Shown here piece by piece: positions 43,173 to 52,919 of a stretch of DNA of 64,000 nt; positions within the stretch are counted from its first letter, which is position 1, and each line of letters starts with the position of its first letter. A model generated the notes under the pieces. The model did no database searches. It was given only the letters and a program-made list of their open reading frames with translations, and was not told the origin of the DNA. The stretch comes from Candidatus Moraniibacteriota bacterium (GTDB lineage Bacteria > Patescibacteriota > Minisyncoccia > Moranbacterales > GCA-2747515). The stretch lies in assembly GCA_038208115.1 (NCBI GenBank), contig JBBQZC010000004.1, positions 10,530 to 74,529 of the forward strand, written 5' to 3'. The position numbers were made by a program, and so were the translations under genes.

Positions 43173-43339
43173 GGTATCATCAATATCACATTTTAACGTC
43201 TTCTGTATTTTTGTATTTATCCAGATACATACACGTACGCAAAAAAAGGCTGTTGATGCATTTTCTCATGTCTCCCAAAGGTACTACAAACGCACATATT
43301 TGACAATACGAGCTTGTTTTCATAGCATCTCTCACAAAA

Positions 43340-44215
43340 TTAGGCATTTTTCCAACATACACCAGACGTTGTCACAGTTTTTTTCCACGGTCCATCAGGT
43401 ACATCTTTTGCATCGACAAATCGCCAATCGACAACATCGACATCTTCCAGTTTCAAATAATCATTGACAGCTGGAGAGAGATCGAGTCCTGCGTGATCAT
43501 TGGTTTTACTTTTTGGTTTTGCGGTACCAAAAACATATCCTGAATCATCTTCACCAAAAGGTCCAACATCCTCCCACTGCGCATAAGCCACTTCATCATC
43601 ATGCACTATCTGAATCCATCTGTTTTTACATATAGATTCTTCTTTTTTTAATGAAACTTCTTTTGCCCATGGCACTATTTTTTTTACCTCACCTTTTAAA
43701 TTACCCTCATCATTTAAATCATTATATGGAAGCGCAAAATAAAATGAATTTTCATCTGGCACAAAAGAGGATGGCACATATCCATTTCGCTTTTTAGGAT
43801 TATCCACACCACCAAAATGATCAACCCAACTCTCATCCCATGCACTCGGCAAATTGGAAATATGTTTATTATCATCACCCGCCTTTTCACCAATCCAAAA
43901 AAGTGTTGTTGTAACATTTTGATGCAAGATGTACTGCGTATTCGATTCGTTAGGCATCACATCATTTGTGATGTCATTTTGTTGTGATAATTTTTCTACT
44001 ATTGAATCCACCAAAGATTTTTGCTCATCATTTTGCTTTTGTACTGGACTTATTTGTATAGGATTATTCATATCAATGTATGCCAAAATGGATTCTGACT
44101 CATTTTGAACAGTGTCAATAATCTTCTTTCGACTACTTGCATACATTGCCAAAAAAAACCCACTTGCAATGATCAAAAAGATGAAAAAATAAACAAAAAA
44201 TTTCTTTATTGTCAT
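43340..44215 (-). CDS. secreted protein with RlpA-like double-psi beta-barrel (DPBB) signature, paralog 1
   Basis: N-terminal TM. 'TLFWIGE...' then 'CKNRWIQIVHDDEVAYAQWEDVGPF...AGLDLSPAVNDYL' resembles RlpA 'VxVTN...VVVRINDRGPF...GRIIDLSxAA'. Confidence 0.4.
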   Translation of the reverse strand: MTIKKFFVYFFIFLIIASGFFLAMYASSRKKIIDTVQNESESILAYIDMNNPIQISPVQKQNDEQKSLVDSIVEKLSQQNDITNDVMPNESNTQYILHQNVTTTLFWIGEKAGDDNKHISNLPSAWDESWVDHFGGVDNPKKRNGYVPSSFVPDENSFYFALPYNDLNDEGNLKGEVKKIVPWAKEVSLKKEESICKNRWIQIVHDDEVAYAQWEDVGPFGEDDSGYVFGTAKPKSKTNDHAGLDLSPAVNDYLKLEDVDVVDWRFVDAKDVPDGPWKKTVTTSGVCWKNA

Positions 44216-44364
44216 AAGATTATGTCATTAGTACTAATATATACGCATGCACAGCAAAAGACCTTTCACACGATCATCAATTTGTTATTACATTTATATA
44301 GATTTCATTTTCTGCCAAAACAGGATAAAAATGTTATATTGATAACAATTTTCTAAAAATTAGC

Positions 44365-45108
44365 TCATTTTTTCCAAAACACCCCAGATGTCGTTATAAT
44401 GTCTTTCCATGGTCCCTTTGGCACATCACGCGCATCGATAAATTGCCACTCCACAGTATCCAAGCCATTCAACGCCAAATAATCATTAACAGCTGGCGAC
44501 AAATCCAATCCTGCACTGTCATTTGTATTACTATGCGGCTGTTTATCACCAAACACATATCCTGAATCATTTTCACTGAACGGCCCGACGTCTTCCCACT
44601 GTGCATAAGCTATTTTGTCACCGTGTATGATCTTGATCCACATATTTTTGCATAGTGATTCCGTCTTTACCGGCGAACGATTTTTTGCCCATGGCACAAG
44701 TGTTTGCACGTCATTTTTTTGCACACCATTTTTATCAAGGTCATTATATGGAAGTGCAAAGTAAAACGGATTTTCGTGTGGCATAAAATTTGCAGGGAAA
44801 TATCCATTGCGTTTTTTAGGATCATCTACACCGCCAAAATGATCAACCCAACTTTCATCCCATGCACTTGATACATTAGAAATTTGCTTATTGCTTTCAT
44901 TTGCATTCTCACCAATCCAAAATAGCGTTGCTGTAATGTTCTTATGTACGGGATATTGTATAACACCTTTGTCTGCATTATTTACAAATCCTGATTTCGT
45001 TTGATTTGAGCCGTTTTTACTAAATCCTCGCGTCATTACAAACAGCAAAAAAACACATGCAACAATTAGACTTATGCTAGCTATAATAAGAATTGCTTGT
45101 TTTATCAT
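44365..45108 (-). CDS. secreted protein with RlpA-like DPBB signature, paralog 2
   Basis: Collinear with 43340-44215: 'CKNMWIKIIHGDKIAYAQWEDVGPF...AGLDLSPAVNDYL'. Lacks the ~60-aa N-terminal linker of paralog 1. Confidence 0.4.
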   Translation of the reverse strand: MIKQAILIIASISLIVACVFLLFVMTRGFSKNGSNQTKSGFVNNADKGVIQYPVHKNITATLFWIGENANESNKQISNVSSAWDESWVDHFGGVDDPKKRNGYFPANFMPHENPFYFALPYNDLDKNGVQKNDVQTLVPWAKNRSPVKTESLCKNMWIKIIHGDKIAYAQWEDVGPFSENDSGYVFGDKQPHSNTNDSAGLDLSPAVNDYLALNGLDTVEWQFIDARDVPKGPWKDIITTSGVFWKK

Positions 45109-45227
45109 ATTATTTTAATAATATCATACTTAGAAAAACCATACCATCACACAGGGACAACATAACATAAATCATTATCAATAAAATTTGGCAGATTTAT
45201 TAATGACGTTTTTCAAATTTCATTTTT

Positions 45228-45266
45228 TTAAAAAAATGAACCCTCAAATACTGCTGTATTTGAGGG
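45228..45266 (-). terminator. Rho-independent terminator downstream of dapA
   Basis: ccctcaaatactgctgtatttgaggg hairpin (45241-45266), followed on the minus strand by T7. Confidence 0.55.
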
Positions 45267-45279
45267 TGCTCCATTTGTA

Positions 45280-46155
45280 TTACAAAAGATTCATACTCCG
45301 CAAGACTGTCACAATCTTCTGACGATTGTCTGTCCCAATCTGGCTCAATGGCAATCGACAATCCTCTTGTGTCAAACCCATCAGTGCAAGAGCAGCTTTG
45401 ACCGGGATTGGGTTCGTTTCAACGAAAAGAATCTGATTAAGAGACCATAAATCATAATGCTCCTTCCGTGCTTTAAGAATATCTCCATCATTCCATGCGT
45501 GCCACAAACGTACAACACGATCAGGCACAACGTTTGAAGTAACAGAAATTGCACCCTTTCCTCCGAGAGCATAAATCGGCAAGTTTGACGAATCATCTCC
45601 AGAAAGTACAGTGAAATCATCACTGCATAAACGCACAATTTCATTCACCCGTTTCATGTCCCCATTTGCTTCCTTGATACCTACAATATTGGAACACGTT
45701 GCAGCTAAACGTGCTACAGTGACAGGCTCAATATTGATACCTGTGCGACCAAACACATTATAAAGTATGACTGGAAGATCTGCGGACTGTGCAACGTTCA
45801 TATAATGCTGATAGAGACCTTCTTGTGGTGGCTTATTATAATACGGCGTGATAACAAGTACTCCGTTTGCGCCAAGACGCTTTGCCACTTGCATATTACG
45901 ACATGTCTCCGCTGTACTATTTGATCCAACACCCGCAATAACTGGCACACGCCCGTTTACGATAGAAATCGCAATCTCAATCACACGATAATGTTCTTCA
46001 TATGTGAGTGTCGCGGATTCACCTGTTGTACCGACTGGTACAATACCAGAGATGCCTGCACTAATTTGACGCTCAATCAATGTGGCAAATACAGTCTCTT
46101 CAATCTTTCCATCTTTAAATGGTGTAACAATTGCTGTAAAAATTCCCTCAAACAT
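45280..46155 (-). CDS. dapA: 4-hydroxy-tetrahydrodipicolinate synthase (DapA/NAL family)
   Basis: 'GIFTAIVTPF...GIVPVGTTGESATLT' and the Schiff-base lysine region 'NIVGIKEA'. Confidence 0.75.
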   Translation of the reverse strand: MFEGIFTAIVTPFKDGKIEETVFATLIERQISAGISGIVPVGTTGESATLTYEEHYRVIEIAISIVNGRVPVIAGVGSNSTAETCRNMQVAKRLGANGVLVITPYYNKPPQEGLYQHYMNVAQSADLPVILYNVFGRTGINIEPVTVARLAATCSNIVGIKEANGDMKRVNEIVRLCSDDFTVLSGDDSSNLPIYALGGKGAISVTSNVVPDRVVRLWHAWNDGDILKARKEHYDLWSLNQILFVETNPIPVKAALALMGLTQEDCRLPLSQIGTDNRQKIVTVLRSMNLL

Positions 46156-46315
46156 GATGTCCTCCGTTGAAATAATGTTGATGTATTACATCTTTTTTTA
46201 CACATTTTATTAAATAACTCCCTATTTGTACTTTACAGAGGAAAAATAAGGTTGTACATTAAAAATACAAAATTATTGATTTATACTATTTTTTGTTATA
46301 TTTAAAACATTTATT

Positions 46316-46981
46316 ATGCACAAAATATCCATAGCACTCACTGAGATCATCGATACCAATCCACTTCTCAAACTGGGACTCTATCATCGCATACTCAATC
46401 TCACACAACTCTCCAAATTATTAAAACCACTCATTGAGATCCGCACAAAAAAAGAATTACAAAGTTCAAGTGCTTTGATTATGGCACTCTCCCGTCTCCA
46501 ACTGGAATACACAAAGAAAATTTTGCCTATAGAAAAGTTTTCGATTACTAACATAACCGTATATTCCAATCTATACACCGCCACCTATTTTAAAAATCAA
46601 AAATTTTTGCAACACATTGCGAAAGTATATCACGACATCCAGGAGCAAAACGGGTACATCACCCTCAGTCAAGGCACAAATGAAATCACAATCATCATCG
46701 ACGAAAAATCTGTCCCTATCATAAAAAAGATTATCACAAGCAAACCCATCAATGCAACAGATCATATATCTGCACTGAGTATCAAATTTGATCAAAAACA
46801 CTATGACACACCAGGACTTCTCTATTATTTTCTCCAACAGACATCTCTTCAGGGCATCAACATCCGCGAGATATCCTCAACATTTACTGAAATAATTGTC
46901 TATGTAGATGAAAAAGACATCACTCTTCTTTTTGATACGATCCACACACAATTTAATATAAAAGAAAAAAGCATTTTTTAA
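46316..46981 (+). CDS. ACT-domain protein (aspartokinase regulatory-domain-like, no kinase domain)
   Basis: 'PGLLYYFLQQTSLQGINIREISSTFTEIIVYVDEKD' is an ACT-like beta-alpha-beta-beta-alpha-beta element, with a second ACT-like repeat upstream. Confidence 0.35.
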   Translation: MHKISIALTEIIDTNPLLKLGLYHRILNLTQLSKLLKPLIEIRTKKELQSSSALIMALSRLQLEYTKKILPIEKFSITNITVYSNLYTATYFKNQKFLQHIAKVYHDIQEQNGYITLSQGTNEITIIIDEKSVPIIKKIITSKPINATDHISALSIKFDQKHYDTPGLLYYFLQQTSLQGINIREISSTFTEIIVYVDEKDITLLFDTIHTQFNIKEKSIF

Positions 46982-47184
46982 CTTCACAAATCCAATGCTT
47001 TTTGATTATCAAAAATAGTGAGCGTGAAAACATCTCTTTAAAACAACCGTAGTAGGAATTTTGGATAATTTTCTCTTAGACATAATATGTTAGATGTGAA
47101 TTTTTCACAGCAATAATGGATATATTTATATGAATCAATCTTTTGCTAGGTGAACTATTTTTATATGAATCTTTTTTTTAGAAA

Positions 47185-48129
47185 TTATATATCCAATGCA
47201 TCACATACTTTATCATATGCTTGTATCATATGTCCTTCAGTCATACCACGACCATCATCATGGTCACTATGATATATAGTCATCAAATGCCCAAAATCCC
47301 CAGCAATAAAAAATATCTTTTCATACCACTCTTCCATATGCACGATTGGGAAGCCCATTTTCAGAATGTTTTTATCACTAATTTTTTTCGCGATACCATT
47401 CCCCACAGAATCTATCACAATAATTTGCTGTGCCTGCATCATGACACTTTCATACACTTTCTCAAATTCACGATATCCATGCCCCCAATATATACCCTCA
47501 TCGTATGATAATTCTTCATTTGCCGCAAAAACGTATAGTGTGTGTTTTAATGATTTGGGATGTTCTTTTATAAGATGCATCATGATAGAAACTCCAGAAG
47601 CATTATCGACTGCACCCATTTTAATGCTATCGTAATGTGCAAAACAAATTTTCGTAGGGTTGATTACGTTTCCCACAAGAATATGCACTGATCGATGTTT
47701 TATGCGCTCTACATCAACCTGCCCCTGTACATGATCTGCGTCAATAATCTTATGCATTGACGTAGGTGTTACTGCAATAGATGGTACATGATAATATACC
47801 GGTAATGAGATTGCAGTACATTGCGGGTTAAAATTGATGTGTGCAGATTGATCTAGTTTTGCGTCAAAATACAATGAACTAATGATATGATCCTTGCCAC
47901 TTATCTTTCCACTTACGAAACAACTTCCTTCACATACCATCGATTCTTCATCGACAATAAGTGATGCCTGTTTTACCAAGGGAATATCCACAGTAAATTC
48001 TTCTGTAAAAAATGGGATGCCTGCATCACGCAAAAATGTGATGAGATATTCCGCTGTTTTCTGTTCACCCTCCAATTGTCTTGGCGAAAAAGAAATAATC
48101 TCTTGTACTGTTTCGATAAAATTTTTCAT
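47185..48129 (-). CDS. M28-family aminopeptidase
   Basis: 'FAHYDSIKMGAVDNASGVSIMM' (HxD and DNxSG metal ligands) and 'FAANEELSYDEG' (EE). Confidence 0.65.
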   Translation of the reverse strand: MKNFIETVQEIISFSPRQLEGEQKTAEYLITFLRDAGIPFFTEEFTVDIPLVKQASLIVDEESMVCEGSCFVSGKISGKDHIISSLYFDAKLDQSAHINFNPQCTAISLPVYYHVPSIAVTPTSMHKIIDADHVQGQVDVERIKHRSVHILVGNVINPTKICFAHYDSIKMGAVDNASGVSIMMHLIKEHPKSLKHTLYVFAANEELSYDEGIYWGHGYREFEKVYESVMMQAQQIIVIDSVGNGIAKKISDKNILKMGFPIVHMEEWYEKIFFIAGDFGHLMTIYHSDHDDGRGMTEGHMIQAYDKVCDALDI

Positions 48130-48207
48130 ACTGTGTATTAATACGTATTTAAAAAGAAATATGTACTATATTATTCAACATAACACATAGTTCTTTTTGA
48201 ACAAGTT

Positions 48208-48240
48208 GTGGAGATATTACATCATATGTAATATCTCCAC
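48208..48240. repeat. perfect palindrome (15-bp arms, 3-nt spacer)
   Basis: gtggagatattacat-cat-atgtaatatctccac, read directly. No adjacent T run on either strand. Confidence 0.8.
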
Positions 48241-48244
48241 GTCT

Positions 48245-49036
48245 TCATACTATTGCTCCAAAGATTGCATCGCAGTCGATCACATGATGATTGTGATGAC
48301 CATCCTGTGGAAAATACTGCATTCCATCAACCCAGGGTAATGGCACGATTAGTGGTGCAATACCCAGTTCTGTGACAATGCGCTGCCAAGCCGGATCAAA
48401 GACGTCATGCGTAAACGCAAGGTCACTTTTCTTTGCGGCACCATTGTGATAATTATCCGAATGAAAATCATCCACTAATACACCATGCACAAGAAACATC
48501 GACAGAAATGGATAATAATAATCATGACTGCTACCAAGAGATTTCAAGTATACGGACAAATCTTGTCGAATCGGATCGATAAGAAAAATATCCTGCAGAT
48601 CATGATGATAATCAACCAATGATTGACCATCCTTCAAACAAATCGCCGACATCGGCTTACCATCAATCTTGCTAACATCAATCCCATTACTCTTAGTGAG
48701 CTTCCAACCACCCTTACGACCTTTACCAGCACAATGAAACTGATGTACCAGGCTGCGTTTATACGGTGATGCAGCCACAAATCGATCCTCCGTAAATTCG
48801 ATCCATACAGGTATCAAATCTGCGGAGTGTGCAATGTTTTGAAAAACGATATCCTCATAACGACACGTTGCGATCTGCCTCGCAAAAAATGCCAATGGGC
48901 CACTTACACAGAATTCTGGCAAAATAATTTTATTCTCATTGCGCCATACATCGATTTGGGCAATGAGATCACGATCATTTTGCCGTCTCACTAACTCCTT
49001 TTGTGCCTCTTGCGCTGTAAAATACATTTGTACCAT
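48245..49036 (-). CDS. hypothetical protein (His-rich C-terminus, no recognised domain)
   Basis: 263-aa intact ORF ending 'QDGHHNHHVIDCD'. Confidence 0.4.
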   Translation of the reverse strand: MVQMYFTAQEAQKELVRRQNDRDLIAQIDVWRNENKIILPEFCVSGPLAFFARQIATCRYEDIVFQNIAHSADLIPVWIEFTEDRFVAASPYKRSLVHQFHCAGKGRKGGWKLTKSNGIDVSKIDGKPMSAICLKDGQSLVDYHHDLQDIFLIDPIRQDLSVYLKSLGSSHDYYYPFLSMFLVHGVLVDDFHSDNYHNGAAKKSDLAFTHDVFDPAWQRIVTELGIAPLIVPLPWVDGMQYFPQDGHHNHHVIDCDAIFGAIV

Positions 49037-49144
49037 CTCATTCTCCTGTTTTTGTGTGATGAACAGTGATGCCTCAATTAAAGAACTAAAAAACCGATCT
49101 ACACGGAGACCGGTTTATTTTTGCTAACTTCTTTTTTTATCACT

Positions 49145-49437
49145 TATCAGAATTTCGCAAAAACAAAACGATCTCCACTTATAAAGTAGAACGTAAACAG
49201 AATCATATACCACATTGTGTTTCTGCTGTTTTGCATGATTGTGCATTTAAAAAATAAACTGCGATAATGTCCTCTCAAAAGAACAAAAAACGGTCCTTGA
49301 CGAGACCGATTCATTCTTGCTTACTAAAAATATTTTATATTATCAGAATTTTGCAAAAACAAAACGATCTCTACTTATAAAGTAGAACGTAAACAGAATC
49401 ATATACCACATTGTGTTTCTGCTGTTTTGCATGATTG
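49145..49437. repeat. pair of 97-bp direct repeats (49145-49241 and 49341-49437, 2 mismatches)
   Basis: 'tatcagaattt[c/t]gcaaaaacaaaacgatctc[c/t]acttataaagtagaacgtaaacagaatcatataccacattgtgtttctgctgttttgcatgattg' occurs twice. Each copy is preceded by a short GC hairpin (49092-49123 and 49291-49308). Contains TTGCAA-N18-TATAAA. Confidence 0.8.
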
Positions 49438-49572
49438 CAAATTTATACTATAAACATTTTCATTATAAATTATTCATTTAATTTGTCAATACATAAAGCA
49501 ATACGTATAAAAAAGATAATGGGATTATTTTTGGCTTTATATAATTTAGATACTAATTGCAAAAGAATGTCG

Positions 49573-50208
49573 TTAATATAGTTTCATGACAATTGGTGCA
49601 ACTCTTTTTACAATGATTTCATAACCTGCGTTATTGGGATGAACTGCATCTGACATATATTGCCTTTTCCCGAAGACATCCTGCAAAATATCCGAAACAT
49701 ATAGAGAGCCTGTTTTTTGTGCGAGGCTTTGATAATCATCTCCACGACCATCCCCGACCACACCACTTCGCACACCGACAAGGATAACAGCTGAACCATT
49801 TTCTTGAAAAAGTTTTATCATTGTCTCCAAATTGTGAAATGTGTCATCTTTCGGAATTTTTTTGAGCACATCATTACCGCCAAGGATAATCATAACGATT
49901 CCAGATTTTTCGCTCAAAGCGTGCGGAACTCGATCCACGGCATCTTGCGTGGTGTCACCGCTTCTTCCATAATTCAAAACAACTTTTCCCGTTTTTTCTG
50001 CAATCAAACTCGAAATATCATTTCCTTCCGTAGCACCAACGCCTTGTGCCAAACTATCACCAAAAACAACAATTGTATCATTTTTTGGCGGAGCATTTTT
50101 TATATTTATTTTTCTCCCAAATAAAAAATAACCACTCAAAAAAAGTAGAAAAATAGCCACTGAAATAAGTATGATTTTTTTCATATTATATATATTATTT
50201 AATATCAT
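49573..50208 (-). CDS. SGNH/GDSL-family hydrolase (secreted)
   Basis: Signal peptide and block I 'IVVFGDSLAQG', then 'GGNDV' and a C-terminal DxxH. Confidence 0.75.
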   Translation of the reverse strand: MILNNIYNMKKIILISVAIFLLFLSGYFLFGRKINIKNAPPKNDTIVVFGDSLAQGVGATEGNDISSLIAEKTGKVVLNYGRSGDTTQDAVDRVPHALSEKSGIVMIILGGNDVLKKIPKDDTFHNLETMIKLFQENGSAVILVGVRSGVVGDGRGDDYQSLAQKTGSLYVSDILQDVFGKRQYMSDAVHPNNAGYEIIVKRVAPIVMKLY

Positions 50209-50293
50209 AACATAAACTATTCATTGTGCTCCAATCATATAATTATAAAACACCACAATCTCTCCATGAGCTGTGGTGTTATGTATTGATCTC

Positions 50294-50962
50294 CTATATT
50301 TCAAATCCGCGCAAACAGGTACACGTTCCTCGTGTATGGTCTCCGAGATTTTCTGTTTCAAATTCCGCGATCTTTTTTTGAGCGATTTCATCACAAAACT
50401 TACTGCAGTAATACATATTTTGTTTATGTGCGTGTTCACCAACTAGATCATGCAAAAGGAAAATGCACTGAGTTGCTCTTCCGATATGACACGCATTTCT
50501 CATGCGCACATACTCCAATCGACAAAGTCCCTGCGCATTAAGATATAATCCAACAGAATTTGGATCACTTAGCTTTTTTGCATGGCACACATAGTCACCG
50601 CTCTTCAAAATAAATCTGGAAAGATCTGATTGCGACTGCGCCATCGTACCATTAAGATGTGTAGAAAATGCAGTAAACCATTCTACAATTTTTTGTAAGT
50701 ATGGATCATGTACATTACCAGTTTTGATAAATTCTTTCACATACTCATCATTAAGAGGCACTCCTGCACCATCATGATTATTACGTCGTTTCAAAAAAAC
50801 GTGTCCATATCCCGCATACACGCGAACACATTTCATATGTGCCAACACATGACAAAAAACTTGCCATAGATCATTTTTTGTACCAGATGCATTTATGAGA
50901 ATCCATTTTTTATCTGGTCCCATGCCATTAAATCGCATTACCCCTCTCTTGAGACCGATCAT
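50294..50962 (-). CDS. hypothetical Cys/His-rich protein
   Basis: 222 aa with many Cys and His ('CHVLAHMKC', 'NNHDGAG', 'NVHDPY', 'CTCLRGFEI'). No confident family assignment. Confidence 0.35.
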   Translation of the reverse strand: MIGLKRGVMRFNGMGPDKKWILINASGTKNDLWQVFCHVLAHMKCVRVYAGYGHVFLKRRNNHDGAGVPLNDEYVKEFIKTGNVHDPYLQKIVEWFTAFSTHLNGTMAQSQSDLSRFILKSGDYVCHAKKLSDPNSVGLYLNAQGLCRLEYVRMRNACHIGRATQCIFLLHDLVGEHAHKQNMYYCSKFCDEIAQKKIAEFETENLGDHTRGTCTCLRGFEI

Positions 50963-51090
50963 GGATTACCCCCTGTTTTAAAATGGTATTTTTTACTGTT
51001 AAACAACAATTAATTGCAAAGCATACCACATACATGTCTACACAGTCAACCAAAACCTCTACATTTGAAAAGAAAATCTTATAGAATAAA

Positions 51091-52692
51091 TCAGTTTGAT
51101 TTTTTGATAATGACAGATTTTTGCATCGCGCCATCGACTGTTTCAATAGTCTTAAATAAATCAGAAGGGTCAAATCCAATCAACCAGATACTTTTAGTTT
51201 CAGATCCACCAACCAGAAAGCACGGACTTATACCTTCTGCGCATGTTGGATTCTCTATTCTTATATTTTGACTGTTTTCAATCTCATACATTGGGCTACT
51301 TTCTGTTTCAATCTGAATATTATTCAAAAAAACATTTCTCGCATTTTTGATACTCACTGCTCGCGCAGATGAGACAAACGAGATGTCTTCGATGTGGATG
51401 TCTTCCATTACAGAATTTTTTAACCCATCCATATTGATAACTAATCGCTCACTCCCGCTCCCATATATATCCTTTATATAAATATTTTTGAGAATTGGCT
51501 TACTGGAAATAACTCCCTGGAGTTCAGTGGTGTATGCAAGATTAATGTCGATAGCATCGCCAGTCATATTTTCCATCGCGATATTTTCTACATATATATT
51601 TTCGATAAATCCTCCACGACTCCTCGTTGATTTGATTCGAAAACCATGTCGCGTATTTTGGAAGATACTATCACGAATATCAACATCTCTCACTCCCCCG
51701 GACATCTCACTGCCTATGGAAACGCCACTACTTCCTTTTACAACAGTGATATTTCGTATATGAATGTTTTCTGAAGGTTTTGCCACCCTCCAGCCATCTT
51801 CGTCCAATCCAGATTTGATCGAAATAGCATCGTCCCCAGTAGAAAAAAAGCTATTTTCAATAACGACATTTTTTGTTGAATCGATGACAATTCCGTCAGT
51901 ATTTCCACTCCATGTATCGATGGTCAAATTTCGCGCTGTAAAATTCTCTGAATAGATTGGATGAATTGTCCAAATCGGCCCATTCTCTACTGTAAAACCA
52001 TCCAAGGTAATATCCTTGCAATTCACAAATTGAATAAACGATGGGCGAATTCCAGGCTCCACATCACCAAAGATTCTTTTTTCTGGAGGCGTTCCTTCTC
52101 GAGACATTGTATATAATTTCTGTCGTGCTATTTCAAAATTTCCTTCACCAGTCCAATTTGCACGAGCATCTCCATTGCCAATCAACTTACCATTGCCTGT
52201 AATGGCAACATTTTGGCTATCTTTGGCATAAATGAGAGGAGAAAAATTATAAAATTCTATGCCTTGAAATCGCGTAAAGACGACAGGTAAATAATCCTGT
52301 AAATCTGTACTGAAAATGATTTCTGCGCCATCATCCAAAAAGAAATTAATATTGCTTTGTAATGTGATTGCCCCAGAAAACCACGTTCCCGCTGGAACAA
52401 AGACCAGACCACCTCCCTTGCTGGAGCAATCATCGATAGCAGCATTTATTGCAATCGTCGACTGTGATCCAGTCTGTGCTAATGCACCATAATCTCGGAT
52501 ATCACACACGATGTCAGGGATGCCGGGAACGATAACCGCATCGGAAATTGCAGAGATTGATGTGAATGACTCTTGCCGCACATCACTTACATTTTGTCCT
52601 TTAATAAAAATTTTTGGAAAAAAAATAAATGTAGAAACACCACAAAAAACAACGATGCCCGTACTCACCAAAATAATAGATGTTTTTTTCAT
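51091..52692 (-). CDS. glycoside hydrolase family 28-like (pectin-lyase-fold beta-helix) secreted protein
   Basis: Signal peptide. 'GGGLVFVPAGTWFSGAITLQSNINFFLDDGAEI' and repeated 'NGDxxxNxxI...' coils are typical of polygalacturonase-like right-handed beta-helices. Confidence 0.7.
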   Translation of the reverse strand: MKKTSIILVSTGIVVFCGVSTFIFFPKIFIKGQNVSDVRQESFTSISAISDAVIVPGIPDIVCDIRDYGALAQTGSQSTIAINAAIDDCSSKGGGLVFVPAGTWFSGAITLQSNINFFLDDGAEIIFSTDLQDYLPVVFTRFQGIEFYNFSPLIYAKDSQNVAITGNGKLIGNGDARANWTGEGNFEIARQKLYTMSREGTPPEKRIFGDVEPGIRPSFIQFVNCKDITLDGFTVENGPIWTIHPIYSENFTARNLTIDTWSGNTDGIVIDSTKNVVIENSFFSTGDDAISIKSGLDEDGWRVAKPSENIHIRNITVVKGSSGVSIGSEMSGGVRDVDIRDSIFQNTRHGFRIKSTRSRGGFIENIYVENIAMENMTGDAIDINLAYTTELQGVISSKPILKNIYIKDIYGSGSERLVINMDGLKNSVMEDIHIEDISFVSSARAVSIKNARNVFLNNIQIETESSPMYEIENSQNIRIENPTCAEGISPCFLVGGSETKSIWLIGFDPSDLFKTIETVDGAMQKSVIIKKSN

Positions 52693-52839
52693 AGATTTTA
52701 TTCTATAATTTTAGCATATCCATTCTTTACACAGCTTCCATTAAAAATACCAGAATCACCATTTCCATTGTGAAACTTCTTTTTTTCTATATTAATTCTT
52801 TCCATAAAAAATGATAATTATATTTTAATGATATCACAA

Positions 52840-52870
52840 AAAATCACACATCTAATTAATGTGTGATTTT
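52840..52870 (-). terminator. Rho-independent terminator
   Basis: aaaatcacaca-tctaattaa-tgtgtgatttt hairpin with flanking A and T runs, downstream of the alpha/beta hydrolase gene. Confidence 0.5.
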
Positions 52871-52919
52871 ATTCCCGAAGAGAGTAAAAATATGATAGCA
52901 CTTTTTATGACTGATATAT

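Noticed and set aside
46982-47184. Terminator in the convergent gap between the ACT protein and the M28 peptidase
   Set aside because: Only an imperfect inverted repeat (aaagcatt…aatgcttt) with an 18-nt loop. Not convincing.
49145-49437. Possible CRISPR array
   Set aside because: Only two copies of a long (97-bp) repeat separated by ~100 bp, no short regular spacers and no cas genes. Not CRISPR.
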